The translations under genes were made by a program, and so were the position numbers. Shown here piece after piece: positions 9,036-22,926 of a stretch of 64,000 nt of DNA (its first letter is position 1; each line of letters opens with the position of its first letter). The stretch comes from an uncultured Acidobacteriota bacterium. GTDB taxonomy: Bacteria; Acidobacteriota; Thermoanaerobaculia; Multivoradales; UBA5704. The stretch lies in NCBI GenBank assembly GCA_963700145.1, contig OY969474.1, positions 2,400,001-2,464,000 on the forward strand, in the 5' to 3' direction. A model generated the notes under the pieces. The model worked only from the letters and a program-made list of their open reading frames with translations. It had not been told where the DNA came from and searched no databases.

Positions 9036-11522
9036 GGCCCGCCGTCCTCCGGCGGCTCCTCGTCGCCGCCCTCCTCCTCGTCCTCTCCGCCACCCTCGTC
9101 GTCCTCGTCGTCGCCGAAGACCTTCTTGAGCCACCGCCGGATCGGGTGGCGGCCCTCGGCGCGCTCGTTGCCGCGCTGGACCTCGGCGACCGCGTCTTCG
9201 ATCGCCCGGCCCGTGTCGTCGAAGATCGCCCACTCCTCCGTCCAGCCGCGGTGGCGGTCGCAGACCTGGTCGGGGACGTCGCCTTCGCGGAAGACCTCGG
9301 TCAGCACGTAGGGGCAGAACTCGGTGGCCAGGAGGCCGGTCGTCGGGTCGATGACCGCGGTGGAAACTCCCGGCGGCTGGTCGAAGGCCGGGTAGCCGCC
9401 GGCCGGCGCCACCGCCTTGGCGAAGCGCGCCCAGACCGGCACCGCGCCGCGCGCTCCGGAGAGGCGGGTCGGCGAGTTGTCGTCGTAGCCGACCCAGACC
9501 GCGGAGGCGCGGTTGGGGGAGTAGCCGACGAACCAGCTGTCGCGGCGGTCGTTGGTGGTGCCGGTCTTGCCGGCCACCTCGCCGCGCACCCCCCAGGAGC
9601 GGACGCCGCGGCCGGTGCCGCGGTCCACGACGCCCTGGAGGATCGAGGTCAGGAGATAGGCGGTCTGCGGCGTCAGCACCCGCGCGTGCTGCGGCAGGTC
9701 GGTGCCGGTCACCGGCTTGCCGTAGCGGTCGTAGACGGCCGCGAGACCGTGCACCGGCGGGCGGACGCCGCCGGCGGCCAAGGTGGCGAAGACGGTCGCC
9801 AGCTCGAGCGGCGTCACCTCGGCGGCGCCCAGCGCCACCGACGGGTTGGGCGCCAGCTCTCCTTCGACGCCTAGGGGGTTGGCGAAGTCGACGACCGCTC
9901 GATCCCCACCTGCAGCGCCAGCCGCGCCGTCGCCGGGTTGTAGCTCCGCTTCGAGCGCCGTGCGCACGGTCACCCAGTCGTGGAAGCTGCCGTCGTCGTT
10001 CTTCGGCCGCCAGGGGCGGCCGGCGAGGCGCACGGTGAGCGGCGAGTCTTCGAGGAAGGAGGCCGGCGTGGCGTGCCCGGTCTCGAAGGCGGCGGCGTAG
10101 ACGATCGGCTTGAAGGCGCTGCCGGCCTGGCGCTCGGCGCGGCCGGCGCGGTCGAACTGGCTGGCGCCGTACTGCCGGCCGCCGACGTAGGCGAGGATGC
10201 CGCCGGTGCGCGGGTCGAGCGAGACCAGCGCCGCTTGCAGCGGACCCTTCGCCTTGCTCCTTCGCTCGTAGGCCTTCTCGACCGCCGCGAGGCCCTCCTC
10301 GACCGCCTCCTGCGCCGCCCGCTGGTCGCTCCAGCCGAGGGTCGAGGAAGAGGGTGAAGCCGGCGTCCTCCAGCGACTCGACGCCGTAGCGGCGCTGAGC
10401 CTCGGCGGCCATGGCGTCGGCGAAGTAGGGGGCGCGGCGGCGGAAGACCGGCGAGGGATCGACCGCCATCGGCTCGGCGAGCGCCCGCTCGATGCGCTGC
10501 CGGTCGACCCGGCCGAGCGCCGCCAGCCGCTGCAGCACCCAGTCGCGCCGCGCCTTGGCGCGCTCGGGGTGGTGGAGGGGCGAGTAGGGCGCGGGGGCGC
10601 GGATGATGCCGGCCAGCGTCGCCGCCTCGTGCAGGGCGAGCTGCGAGGCGTCCTTGCCGAAGAAGGCGCGCGAGGCGGCGCCGACGCCGATCAGGTTCAC
10701 GCCGCCGGCCGAGCCCAGGTAGATCTCGTTCAAGTACGCCTCCAGGATCGCCCGCTTGCCGTAGCGCAGCTCGAGGAGCAGCGCCAGCACTAGCTCCTGC
10801 CCCTTGCGCACGAACGTCCGCTCCTGGGTCAGGTAGAGGTTCTTGACCAGCTGCTGCGTCAGCGTGCTGCCGCCCTGCCGCACCTCGCCGCCGCGATAGT
10901 TCTTCCAGGCGGCGCGCACGATGCCGGAGAGCGAGACGCCGGGGTGGCGGAAGAAGCTGTCGTCCTCGGCCGCCAGCACCGCCTCGATCAGGTCTTCGGG
11001 GACGCCGTCCACCACGACCGGCCGCCGCTCCTTGTGGTCGCTGCCGTAGTAGGTGTGGAGGAGCGGCGGCTCGAGCCAGGCGGCCTCGACCGCGGCCCCG
11101 TCCTTGGCCACCTTGGTCACCCGGCTGCCGCGGAAACCGACCTCCAGGAGGCCGCCGCCGGGCGTCCCTTCCGGCGTCACGAACTCGCGCAGGTGGACGG
11201 CCAGGCCGTTGCGGTAAGGGCGGTAGCGGCCGCCGAGAAGCGGCTCGGTCGTGTCGTCCTTCTGATAGCCGTCGGCGGCGAGCTCGCGGATCAGCCGGTC
11301 GCGCGACAGCGCCCGCCCCTCGTAGACGCGCACCGGCGCGGCGTAGAGGCGGGAGGGCTGGAGGTAGGTGAGGTCGTCGAACTGGCCGGAGAGGCGCCAG
11401 AACGGCCAGATGACGAAGCCCGCGAGCAGCGCGAAGCCGGCCAGGACGAGGAGCAGCCGGCGGGCCCGCCGGCGCCGGTCCTCCGGGGCCGGACGGCCTG
11501 CGTACTGCGGTCTGCGGTTCAT
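9032..11522 (-). CDS. mrcB: class A penicillin-binding protein (PBP1b-like), frameshifted in this sequence
   Basis: TM anchor, transglycosylase motifs AAEDDSF, QGGSTLTQQLVKN, YLNEIYLG; transpeptidase GSAFKP and AGKTGTT in other frames (shifts near 10345 and 9900-9950). Confidence 0.8.
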
Positions 11523-11608
11523 TGACGGGAGCTTACGTCCAACCGCCGGCCGTCCGTTTCAGGCGGCCGGCGGTCGGATCACGGCGGGAAAGTGCAAGCG
11601 GCGGACCA

Positions 11609-12667
11609 CTACGGAACGATGTAACCCTCGAAGATGGCGTCCCAGGTCAGGTTCGGGTTCCCCGCCGGCGCGGCGGAGTTGAACGTGAACGCGTAGACGT
11701 GGGAGTCGATCTGGACGTTCGGCACGTCGAAGATCGAGAGCCACCCCGCCTGCGTGCCCCGAGCTGGCGAGTTCTCGATGACGTTGACCACGTGGTCGAG
11801 ACGGATCGTGGTGTTCTCCACGGCGTTGCCGCCCTCGTCGTACTGCCGGTAGGTGTAGTCGGACTCGCAGGGATCGCGAGTCGCAGAAGATCGACGGTCC
11901 GCCCGCGAGGCCCGGCCTCCAGGTGAAGATGACCGCGCGGCTGCTGCCGGTCAGCGGGGCCGAGCGGAAGATCCGCAGGTGGAAGCGGTCGATGTCGCCG
12001 TCGTCCGAGCCGCGTCGAGCAGGCGGTGGTGCCGCCCGGGTTCGTCGGCGAGCTGATTGCGCGCAGAAGCGCGACGGTCGAGTCGATCTCCTCGCGGTTG
12101 TCGCCGCTGCTGTAGAAGCCTCTCATGAACGAGTCCGTGGTGCCGGCGACGTTCTCCAGCGGCACCATGGCCAGACCGTTCGCCGAGCCCTGCGACAGCC
12201 GGGTGTAGTAGATGAAGCCCTCCAGCGCGTTGGTGGTCCCGAACGGATAGCGGCCTGCGCGGGTTCAGGGCCGTCGCCGCGGTGACCACGTCGATGGTCA
12301 TGAAGCCGCGGTAGAAGGCGCCCTCGGTGAGCTGGGTGCGGACGGCCGGCGAGGCGGTGTTGATCAGGTCGCGCATCGCCGCGCTCCAGGAGTCGAGGTC
12401 GTCCAGGGTGATGTTGCCGTTGAGGCCGCGTCGCGTTGCCGTCGACGTCCCAGACGTGGTAGTGGAAGGTGATGTTGGCGAACAGCCAGTTGGTCACCAC
12501 CAGCAGCGTGTCGTGCGGATGGGTCGCGGAGTTGATCCCGGTCTCGAAGAACGGGACCAGCAGAGTGGCGGCGGGCACCCGGTCGGTGGCACCGGGGACG
12601 GCGAAGGCCGGTGCGGCCAGGGTCAGGGCCAGGAGCAGGAAGCAGGCGCACGGAGCGATCGGCGCAT
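11609..12667 (-). CDS. secreted hypothetical protein (VPAATLLVPFFE N-terminus), multiply frameshifted
   Basis: [10 protein letters not shown] before ATG 12667; signal-like start; coherent fragments in ORFs 12123-12578, 11951-12376, 11647-12168, 11609-11821. Confidence 0.6.
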
Positions 12668-12797
12668 CGACTTCTCCTCCAGGTTGGCGTGGGACGGGAG
12701 GAAGAACGCCTCCCGACGCGGGTGCGGCATGACAGACGGTTAGGCTGTCTCAGCCTAGCACCCGTTACACCAACCTGGAGGAGCGCCTCACCTTCGG

Positions 12798-13508
12798 TCA
12801 GAACCTCCAGGTGACGCCGGCCGAGATGTCGCGGCCGGAGAGGTCGAGGTCGCCGAAGCCCTCGAAGTCGTGTCCAGCTCGTCCTCGGCGCGCTGCCAGC
12901 GGCCCTCGGCGAAGAGGGCGACGTTGCGGCTCACCGGCACTTCGAGGCCGGCGAGCAGGTAGTAGCCGAAGGTCTCCCCCTCGGCGATGAAGGTGCCGGT
13001 GAAGATCTCCGCCGGCGGCGGGTTGAAGTCGATGAAGTCGCCCGACTCCTCGAAGCTGTAGCTGTAGAGGCCGCCGCCGGCGCCGACGTAGGGGCGGATC
13101 GACGGCGTCGGGGCCGACGAAGTGGAAGATGGCGCCGAGGGTCAACGACGTGATGTCGAGCGTCGTGGTGTGCACGATGTCGTCGCCGAACTCGTCGGTG
13201 AAGTCGATGTAGTGCTGGTCGGTCTCGCCCGCGAAGGCGGTGCCCGCGAAGAGGAGCGAGAAATGCGGCGTGACGTCGAGGCGGTAATCGAGGCCGAAGG
13301 AGAAGTCCTCCAGGTCCTCGGCCTCGCCGCTGAAGTCGAGCGCCTTCTCGTCCCAGTAGGACGAGTCCCCGTCCGGCACGAAGCCGCCGACGCGCAGGCG
13401 GAGGGCGTGGTCGGCGGGGTCGCCGCCGCGATAGCGGCCGTGCCGCTGGGCCGCCGCCGGAGCGGCCGCCAGGAGCAAGAGGACGACAGCGACGATCGAG
13501 CGCTTCAT
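12798..13508 (-). CDS. outer-membrane beta-barrel protein (internal compensating frameshifts)
   Basis: signal peptide, amphipathic strands, terminal aromatic motif SAGVTWRF; alternative frame 13100-12875 reads PYVGAGGGLY. Confidence 0.75.
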   Translation of the reverse strand: MKRSIVAVVLLLLAAAPAAAQRHGRYRGGDPADHALRLRVGGFVPDGDSSYWDEKALDFSGEAEDLEDFSFGLDYRLDVTPHFSLLFAGTAFAGETDQHYIDFTDEFGDDIVHTTTLDITSLTLGAIFHFVGPDAVDPPLRRRRRRPLQLQLRGVGRLHRLQPAAGGDLHRHLHRRGGDLRLLPARRPRSAGEPQRRPLRRGPLAARRGRAGHDFEGFGDLDLSGRDISAGVTWRF

Positions 13509-13653
13509 GTTCGTTCTCCTTGCCCGTCGTAGGGACGGTGCTGGCGCGGCGTCGGGAGCAACCGCGGTGCCAGAGCGACGTGATCGCCGGAAGTGACTGT
13601 GCGCGAAGGGGTTGCGGCGAACTGCCGGCGCCGTGGGCCGGCGCGAACGACCT

Positions 13654-14028
13654 CTAGAGAGGACGGCGGGCGCGGCGCGCGTCGATGAACGACTTGACGC
13701 AGAGGACGACGAAGACGAGCGAGAGGAGGGCCATCGCCGCCTGCTCGAGGACCGCGTTGCGCCGCGCCAGCTCGCCGCCGCCCAGGAGCGCGAAGGCGCG
13801 GAGCAGGCCGGGGAGGCCGCCCAGGAAGGCGAGGAGCCCGAGCGCCGCGGCGGCGTGCATGGCGTGCTTGAGCAGCCGCTCCTGTCGGGCGAGGACGCCG
13901 CAGACGACGACGAGGACGCCGAAGAAGGCGGGGATGAGCGCGGTGACGCTCCCCTGCCCGGTGCCGAAGTAGAACCCCGCCCCGAGCGCGATCAGCAGCA
14001 CTCCGTAGGCGATGGTGACGGCCGGCAT
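13654..14028 (-). CDS. small four-TM membrane protein (TMEM14-like)
   Basis: YGVLLIALG...SVTALIPAFFG...KHAMHAAA...CVKSFIDARR. Confidence 0.7.
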   Translation of the reverse strand: MPAVTIAYGVLLIALGAGFYFGTGQGSVTALIPAFFGVLVVVCGVLARQERLLKHAMHAAAALGLLAFLGGLPGLLRAFALLGGGELARRNAVLEQAAMALLSLVFVVLCVKSFIDARRARRPL

Positions 14029-14105
14029 GCCGACAGCCTAGCACCGCGGCTGCAAAGTTCGGCGCGGCCTCCGACGCAGAACGCGCTGGCGCTAAAATCG
14101 ACGGC

Positions 14106-14657
14106 ATGAGAACGCCCCTTGCTCGACCGCTCACCTACGAAGAGTTCTCGCGGATGCCCGACGACGGCAAGCGCTACGAACTCATCGAGGGGGAGCTCGT
14201 CGAGATGAGCGCGCCGTTCCGCCGCCACCAGGAGCTGCTCGGCCGCCTTTACGTGGACTTTCTAGAAGCGCTCGGCGGCCGCGGCAAGGTCTATTTCGCA
14301 CCGCTCGACATCATCCTCTCGCCGATCACCGCCCTGCAACCGGACCTCACCGTCGTGCTGCCCGGCAACGAGGGCGTCCTCCAGGACTGGATCCGCGGCG
14401 CGCCGGACCTCGTCGGCGAGATCCTCTCCCGCTCGACCGCCGCGCACGACCGCGTCCGTAAGCTGCCGCTCTACGCCCGCTACGGTGTGCGCGAGTGTTG
14501 GCTGCTGGACGACCCGAAGCAGCTCCTCGAGACCTACCGCCTGGCGCCGGGCGCGAGCGCGTACCACCTCGCCGCCACCTTCCACCCCGGCGACCGCGCG
14601 ACCACGCCGCTCATCCCCGACCTCGCCCTCGACCTCGCCGCCCTTCTCGCCGATTGA
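14106..14657 (+). CDS. Uma2 family (DUF820) endonuclease-fold protein
   Basis: LTYEEF..PDDGKRYELIEG, QPDL, GAPDLVGEILS, K..LYARYGVRECWL.D. Confidence 0.9.
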   Translation: MRTPLARPLTYEEFSRMPDDGKRYELIEGELVEMSAPFRRHQELLGRLYVDFLEALGGRGKVYFAPLDIILSPITALQPDLTVVLPGNEGVLQDWIRGAPDLVGEILSRSTAAHDRVRKLPLYARYGVRECWLLDDPKQLLETYRLAPGASAYHLAATFHPGDRATTPLIPDLALDLAALLAD

Positions 14658-14783
14658 CCTTCCCGCGCGCGGTTGCGCGGTAACTTGCCCTTCCGCTACC
14701 ATCCCGCCGAGCTTGTGACGGTTGTCACAAGTGGAGTGCTTCGATAAGGTCGCTGCGCCACGGCGGGAGGGAGAGCGCGCCGG

Positions 14784-15444
14784 ATGCAGATCTTCCACCG
14801 CAGCACCAACACCATCGCGAAGGTCAGCATCTTCGGGGCGGTCTTCTTCCTCGCGGCTGCTGCTCTGGGTCTGGCCCACTCTGCTGCGCTCCTCCTACGT
14901 CACCGGCCAGGGCGTCATCCAGGAGCAGCCGGTGCCGTTCAGCCACGAGCACCACGTCGCCGGGCTCGGCATCGACTGCCGCTACTGCCACACCTCGGTC
15001 GAGACGTCGGCCTTCGCCGGCATCCCGCCGACCAAGACCTGCATGAACTGCCACTCGCAGATCTGGACCGACAGCCCGATGCTCGAGCCGGTGCGCGAGA
15101 GCTTCCGCGACCGGCACAGCCGATCGCGCTGGAACCGCGTCCACGACCTGCCCGACTTCGTCTACTTCAACCACAGCATCCACGTCGCAGAAGGGCGTCG
15201 GCTGCGTCGACCTGCCACGGCCGGGTCGACCAGATGCCGCTGATGTGGCAGGACGGCGCCGCTGCACGATGGAGTGGTGCCTGGACTGCCACCGCGACCC
15301 CGAGCAGCACCTCCGGCCGCGCGAGCGAGGTCTTCAACATGGACTGGGCAGCCGCCGGCGGACCGGCGGCGCTGCGGGCGCGAGCTGGTCGACGCGAGTA
15401 CGACGTCAAGAGCCTCGACGAACTGCTCGACCTGCCACCGCTGA
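14784..15444 (+). CDS. actA: alternative complex III pentaheme cytochrome c subunit (frameshifted)
   Basis: MQIFHRSTN start; [31 protein letters not shown] and terminal NCSTCHR*. Confidence 0.88.
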
Positions 15445-15451
15445 GCCGAGG

Positions 15452-18400
15452 ATGACCGACGAGCGACGGTCTGCCACCGATGAGCGACCGACGCGCACGC
15501 GAGACCGGCCGGACGCTCGCCGCGGTCCGGCGCCGCCTGGCCGGCACGCGCGGCCGCGACTTCTGGCGCAGCCTCGAGGAGCTGGCCGGCGACGCCGGAG
15601 TTCGAGCGAGCTGCTGCACCGCGAGTTCCCGCGCCAGGCCTCGGAGTGGCTCGACGGACGTCGAGCCGCCGCGCGCGCTTCCTGCAGCTCGATGGGCGCC
15701 TCGCTCGCCCTGGCCGGCCTCGCCGGCTGCACCGCGCAGCCGCCGAGAAGATCGTCCCCTACGTCCGGCAGCCCGAGGAGATCGTCCCCGGCCAGCCGCT
15801 CTTCTTCGCCACCGCGCTGCACGCTCGGCGGCGTACGCGCACCGGCGTGCTGGTCGAGAGCCACATGGGCCGCCCGACCAAGGTCGAGGGCAACCCGCGA
15901 CCACCCGGCCAGCCTCGGCGCCACCGACGCCTTCGCGCAGGCCTCGGTCCTCGGCCTCTACGACCCCGACCGCTCGCAGGTCGTCACGCGCGCCGGCGCA
16001 GATCAGCACCTGGAGCGCGCTTCGTCGCCGCGCTCGCGGCGCGCGCTCGCGGCGCAGCAGGCGCAGCGGCGGCGCGGGGCTGCGCATCCTGACCGCGACG
16101 GTCACCTCGCCGACGCTGGCCGCGCCAGATCGCGGCGCTGCTCGCAGCGCTTCCCGCAGGCCGCGCTGGCACCAGTACGAGCCGGCCGCGCCGCGACCAC
16201 GCCGCGCGCCGGCGCGACGCTCGCCTTCGGCGCGGCCGCTCGAGCCGCGTCTACGACTTCGCCAGCGCCGACGTCGATCCTCTCGCTCGACGCCGACTTC
16301 CTCTGCGACGGGCCCGGCGCGCCTGCGCTACGCCCGCGACTTCGCCGCGCGGCGCCGGCCGCGCGCCGGCGCGGCGCGGCGATGAACCGGCTCTACGTCG
16401 TCGAGAGCACGCCGACCGTCGACCGGCGCGATCGCCGACCACCGGCTGGCGCTGCGCGCCGGCGGAGGTCGAGGCGCTTCGCGCGCGCGCTCGCCGCGCG
16501 CGCTGGGCGTGCGCCGGCGCCGCGCCGCGGCCGGCGCGCCGGCGCCGACCGCGGAGCGCCTCGCCGCTGGGTCGCGGCGGTCGCCGCCGACCTGCGCGCG
16601 CACCGCGGCGCGGCGCTCGTCGTCGCCGGCGACGACGCAGCCGCCGCGCGGTCCACGCGCTCGCCCACGCGATCAACGCACGCGCTCGGCAACGTCGGCA
16701 CGACGGTCGTCTACACCGAGCCGGTCGAGGCCGACGCCGGTCGACCAGCTGGCGCTCGCTCGCGCGAGCTGGTCGCGCGACATGCGACGCCGGCGCGCGT
16801 CGAGACGCTGCTCATCCTCGGCGGCAACCCGGTCTACGACGCGCCGGCCGACCTCGACTTCGCCGCGGCGCTCGCGAAGGTCGCCGCTGCCGCGTCCACC
16901 TCGGCCTCTACGACGACGAGACCGCCGAGCTGCTGCCACTGGCACGTCCCCGCGGCGCACTACCTCGAGACCTGGGGCGACGCCCGCGCCTACGACGGCA
17001 CGGTCGTCGATCGTCCAGCCGCTGATCGCGCCGCTCTACGGCGGCAAGACGCGCGCACGAGCTGCTCGCGGTCGCTCGCTCGGCCGCACCGACGCGCACC
17101 GCGCTACGAGCTCGTCCGCGAGCACTGGCGGACGCGAGCCGGCGCGCGGCGACTTCGAGGCCGCCTGGCGGCGCGCGCTCCACGACGGCGTCGTCGCCGG
17201 ACACCGCGCCGCCGCGCCGCCGCCGTCGACGCTCGCCGCGGCGCGGTCGCCGCGGCCGGCGGCCGCGCTCGCCGCGGCGCGGCGCCGGCGCCGGGCGAGC
17301 GCAGCTCGCTCTTCCGCGCCCGACCCGACGGTCTGCGACGGCCGCTTCGCCAACAACGGCTGGCTCCAGGAGCTGCCGCAAGCCGCTGACCAAGCTGACC
17401 TGGGACAACGCCGCTGCTCGTCGCGCCCGCGACCGCCGAGCGCGCTCGGCGTCGCGCAACGAGGACGTCGTCGAGCTCGCCGCCGGCGGCGCGCACGGCT
17501 GCGAGGCGCCGGTCTGGGTCGCTGCCCGGCCACGCCGCCGGACGCCGTCACGCTCCACCTCGGCTACGGCCGCACCCGCGCCGGCGCGCGTCGGCACCGG
17601 CATCGGCTTCGAACGCCTACGCGCTGCGCACCTCGGCCGCGCCCTGGTTCCGCGCCGGCGTCGACGGTGCGCAAGACCGGCGGCCGCCATCCGCTCGCCT
17701 GCACGCAGAACCACCACTCGCTCGACATGCCGGACGCCTACGAGGCCGCCGAGCGGCGCAAGCCGGTGCGCTCGGCGACCCTCGGCGAGTACCGCGAGCG
17801 ACCCCGACTTCGCTGCACGAGGGCGAGCACGGCCCGCGCGCACCTCTCGCTCTACCCCGAGCGACGAGTACGACGGGCTACGCCTGGGGCATGGCGATCG
17901 ACCTGAACGTCCTGCATCGGCTGCAACGCCTGCGTCGTCGCCTGCCAGGCGGAGAACAACATCCCGGTCGTCGGCAAGGAGCAGGTGCTGCGCGGCCGCG
18001 AGATGCACTGGCTGCGCATCGACCGCTACTTCGCCGGCGACCTCGACGACCCCGACGGTCCACTTCCAGCCGATGCTCTGCCAGCACTGCGAGAAGGCGC
18101 CGTGCGAGGTGGTCTGCCCGGTGGCGGCGACGGCGCACAGCGCCGAGGGCCTCAACGAGATGATCTACAACCGCTGCGTCGGCACGCGCTACTGCTCGAA
18201 CAACTGCCCCTACAAGGTCCGGCGCTTCAACTTCTTCCAGTACACCGACGAGCGAGACGCCGGTGCTGAAGCTGCTGCGCAACCCCGACGTGACGGTGCG
18301 CACGCCGCGGCGTGATGGAGAAGTGCACCTACTGCGTGCAGCGGATCAACGCCGCGCGCATCGAGGCGAAGATCGAGGGGCGGCCGATCCGCGACGGCGA

Positions 18401-18635
18401 GATCGTCACCGCCTGCCAGCAGGCCTGCCCGACCGAGGCGATCGTCTTCGGCGACCTCAACGACCCGAGAGCCGCGGGTCAGCGCGCTGCAAGGCCGAGC
18501 CGCGCAACTACGGCGCTGCTGGCCGAGCTGAACACGCAGCCGCGGACGACCTACCTCGCGCACGATCACGCAACCCGAACCCGGAGCTCGCCGGCGAGCC
18601 TGCAGCCGCCGCGGACGCCGAGACGCACGAGCTGA
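15452..18635 (+). CDS. actB: alternative complex III molybdopterin-oxidoreductase-like / 4Fe-4S subunit (heavily frameshifted)
   Basis: [84 protein letters not shown] spread over several frames; ends approximate. Confidence 0.88.
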
Positions 18636-18637
18636 CG

Positions 18638-20041
<1,404 letters not shown>

Positions 20042-20049
<8 letters not shown>

Positions 20050-20576
20050 CCGCGGCGCGGTCTACGGCCTGCTGGCCGAGTTCCGCGCCCCGGAGGAGCT
20101 GCTCGCCGCGGCGCGGGCGGCGCGCGCCGCGGGCTACCGGCGGATCGACGCCTACACGCCCGTCCCGGTCGAGGGGCTGTCCGAGGCGCTCGGCCACCAC
20201 CACACGCGGCTGCCGCTGATCGTCCTGATCGGCGGCATCCTCGGCGGGGTCGGCGGCTTCTTCCTGCAGTACTGGGCCGCGGTCATCGACTACCCGATGA
20301 ACATCGGCGGCCGGCCGCTCAACAGCTGGCCGGCGTTCATCGCCGACCTTCGAGACGACCATCCTCTGCGCCGCGCTCTCGGCGGTGCTCGGCATGCTCG
20401 CGCTCAACGGCCTGCCGCTGCCGTACCACCCGGTGTTCAACGCCCGCGCTTCGCGCTCGCCTCGCGCGACCGCTTCTTCCTGCTCATCGAGGCGAACGAC
20501 CCGAAGTTCGACCGCGCCGCCACCGGCGCTTCCTCTGGACCCTGAGCCCCGCGAGGTCTCCGAAGTTGAGCGCTAG
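20042..20576 (+). CDS. actD: alternative complex III DUF3341 subunit (frameshifted)
   Basis: [44 protein letters not shown]. Confidence 0.88.
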
Positions 20577-20579
20577 CGG

Positions 20580-21200
20580 ACCGCACCTCAGCGCCGGCAG
20601 CTGAGCGCCGCGGGCTGGGCGTCGGCGCGTTCGCCTCCTCGCCGCCGGCTGCCGCCAGGACATGCACGACCAGCCGCGCTACGAGCCGCTCGAGGCGAGC
20701 GAGTTCTTCGCCGACGGCGCGTCGGCGCGGCCGCTGCCGGCCGGCACCGTGGCGCGCGGCCGGCTGCGCGCGGACCCCCGGCCGCCACCGGCATCGCCGA
20801 CGACGGCCGCTTCCTGGCGGCGCCGCCCTTCCCGCTCACCCGCAGGTGCTCCTGCGCGGCCGCGAGCGCTACGACATCTTCTGCTCGCCCTGCCACGACC
20901 GCATCGGCAACGGCCGCGGCATGATCGTGCGGCGCGGCTTCACGCAGCCGACCTCGTTCCACGAGCCGCGGCTCGAGGGGCGCCGGCGGGCTACTTCTTC
21001 AACGTCATGACCGAAGGCTACGGCGTCATGCCGAGCTACGCCGCGCAGGTGCCCGTGGCGGACCGCTGGGCGATCGCCGCCTACATCCGGGCGCTGCAGC
21101 TGGCGCAGGAGGCGCGCCTCGCCGACCTGCCGCCGGCGCAGCGCCGCGCCGCCGAGCTCGAGCTCGCTGCCCGCCCGGCCGCGCCGCCGGGCCGGCCGCC
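20580..21200 (+). CDS. actE: alternative complex III monoheme cytochrome c subunit (frameshifted, boundaries approximate)
   Basis: GCRQDMHDQPRYEPL, FCSPCH in a shifted frame, GYGVMPSYA.Q...DRWAIAAYIRALQ. Confidence 0.8.
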
Positions 21201-22385
21201 CCGGAGCGCACCCGGATCGGCGACGCCCGCTACGCCGCTCCGGCGGCGCTCGACCGGGTCCAGCGCCGCGCCCTCATTGCCGGCGGCGCCGGGATCCTGC
21301 TCTGCGCCCTCGGCTTCTTCCTCGACCGGCCGGACTTCTTCCGCTCCTACCTGGTGGGCTGGACCTACTGGCTGGGGATCGCGCTGGGGTGCCTGGCGAT
21401 CCTGATGCTCCACCACGTGACGCGCGGCGCCTGGGGCCTGGTGGCGCGGCGGCTGCTGGAGGCGGCGGGGCGGACGCTGCCGCTCCTGGCCCTGCTCTTC
21501 CTGCCGCTCCTCTTCGGCCTGCGGAGCTCTACCCGTGGGCGCGGCCGGAGGCGAAGGCCGACCACCTGCTGCAGGCCAAGGCGGCCTACTTGAACGTGCC
21601 GCTTCTTCGTGGCGCGGGCGGCGCTCTACTTCCTGATCTGGAGGGCCTTCGCCTTCGTCCTCTCGCGCCTCTCGCGCCGCCAGGACGAGACCGGCGACCC
21701 ACCTGACCCGCCGCATGCAGCTCCTGGCCTCGCCCGGCATCGTCCTCTACTGCCTGACCGCCAGCTTCGCCCGGTCGACTGGCTGATGTCGCTCGAGCCG
21801 CACTGGTTCTCGACCATCTACGGCGTCTACTTCCTGGGCGGGCAGGGGATCTCGGCGCTCGCCTTCGTGATCGTCGTCGCCCTCTTCCTCTGGCGCCGCG
21901 AGCCGATGTCGGAGGTGCTCTCGCCCGGCCACTTCCACGACTGGGGCAAGCTGCTGCTCGCCTTCGTCATGCTCTGGACCTACTTCTCGTTCTCGCAGTT
22001 CCTGATCATCTGGTCGGGCAACCTGCCGGAGGAGATCCCCTGGTACGCCGCCCGCACCCGCGGCGGCTGGCAGTGGCTGGCGATCGCCCTCGCCCTCTTC
22101 CACTTCGCGCTGCCGTTCGTGCTGCTGCTGTCGCGCGACTTGAAGCGCCGGCCGCAGCGGCTGGCGGCGGTGGCCGGCTGGATGCTGGTGATGCGCTGGC
22201 TCGATCTCGTCTGGCAGGTGGAGCCGGCCTTCAGCCCCGAGCGCTTCACCTTCCATTGGCTGTACCTGGCGGCGCCGCTCGCCGTCGGCGGCCTTTGGAT
22301 CGCCGCCTGGGTGGCCGAGCTCAAGAAGCGGCCGCTGCTGCCGCTGCGCGATCCCTGGCTGCCGGAGGCGCTCGCCCATGACTGA
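21200..22385 (+). CDS. actF: alternative complex III membrane subunit (frameshifted, start approximate)
   Basis: FFRSYL.GW.YWLGIALG, DWLMSLEPHWFSTIYG, FHDWGKLL.AFVMLWTY.SFSQFLIIW.GNLPEE. Confidence 0.85.
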
Positions 22386-22926
22386 GCGCGCGCGGCCGCA
22401 CCCGGACCACGTCGAGGGCGCCGGCCCCGAGGGCTTCGACCAAGAGGTGGACCTGCGCGTCGTGACCTGGCTCGGCGTCGCGCTGGCGGGGGCGACGGCG
22501 GTCGTGGCGCTCCTCATGTGGTGGCTGGTCGTCGGCTTCGAGCGCTTCGACGCGAAGCGCCAGCCGGCGGCGCCGCCGCTCGCCGAGGCGCGGCGGCAGG
22601 TTCTCCCTCCCGGGCCGCGCCTGCAGACGACCCCGGAGCGCGACCTGCGCGCGATGCGCGCCGAGGAGGACCACCGCCTCGGCGAGGCCGAGTGGGTGGA
22701 CCGCGCCCGCGGCACGGCGCGCATCCCGATCGAGCTGGCGATGGAGGCGGTGGTGGCCGGCGTCAAGCCGGCCGCGAGCGCGACGGCGGCGCAGCCGCCC
22801 GCCGGCACCGCGCCGCTGCCCGGCACCGGCGGCATCGGCGCTCCCGTCTCGCCGCAGCCGCTGGCCGACGCCGAGAGCCGCCAGCCGCCGCCGCAGACCA
22901 CCGAAGAGGCGCCGCCGCCGCGATGA
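22378..22926 (+). CDS. ActG-like single-TM accessory subunit
   Basis: one TM, PPGPRLQ and WVDRARG.ARIPIE.AM motifs; position between actF and SCO. Confidence 0.7.
   Translation: MTERARPHPDHVEGAGPEGFDQEVDLRVVTWLGVALAGATAVVALLMWWLVVGFERFDAKRQPAAPPLAEARRQVLPPGPRLQTTPERDLRAMRAEEDHRLGEAEWVDRARGTARIPIELAMEAVVAGVKPAASATAAQPPAGTAPLPGTGGIGAPVSPQPLADAESRQPPPQTTEEAPPPR

Noticed and set aside
8487-11522. PBP transglycosylase fused to a glycolipid-binding domain (1011-aa ORF)
   Set aside because: The middle of the ORF is out-of-frame sequence; transpeptidase motifs lie in other frames, so the fusion is a frameshift artefact
14106-14657. Uma2 gene as a restriction or defence system
   Set aside because: Solitary member of a commonly expanded family with no methylase or other partner
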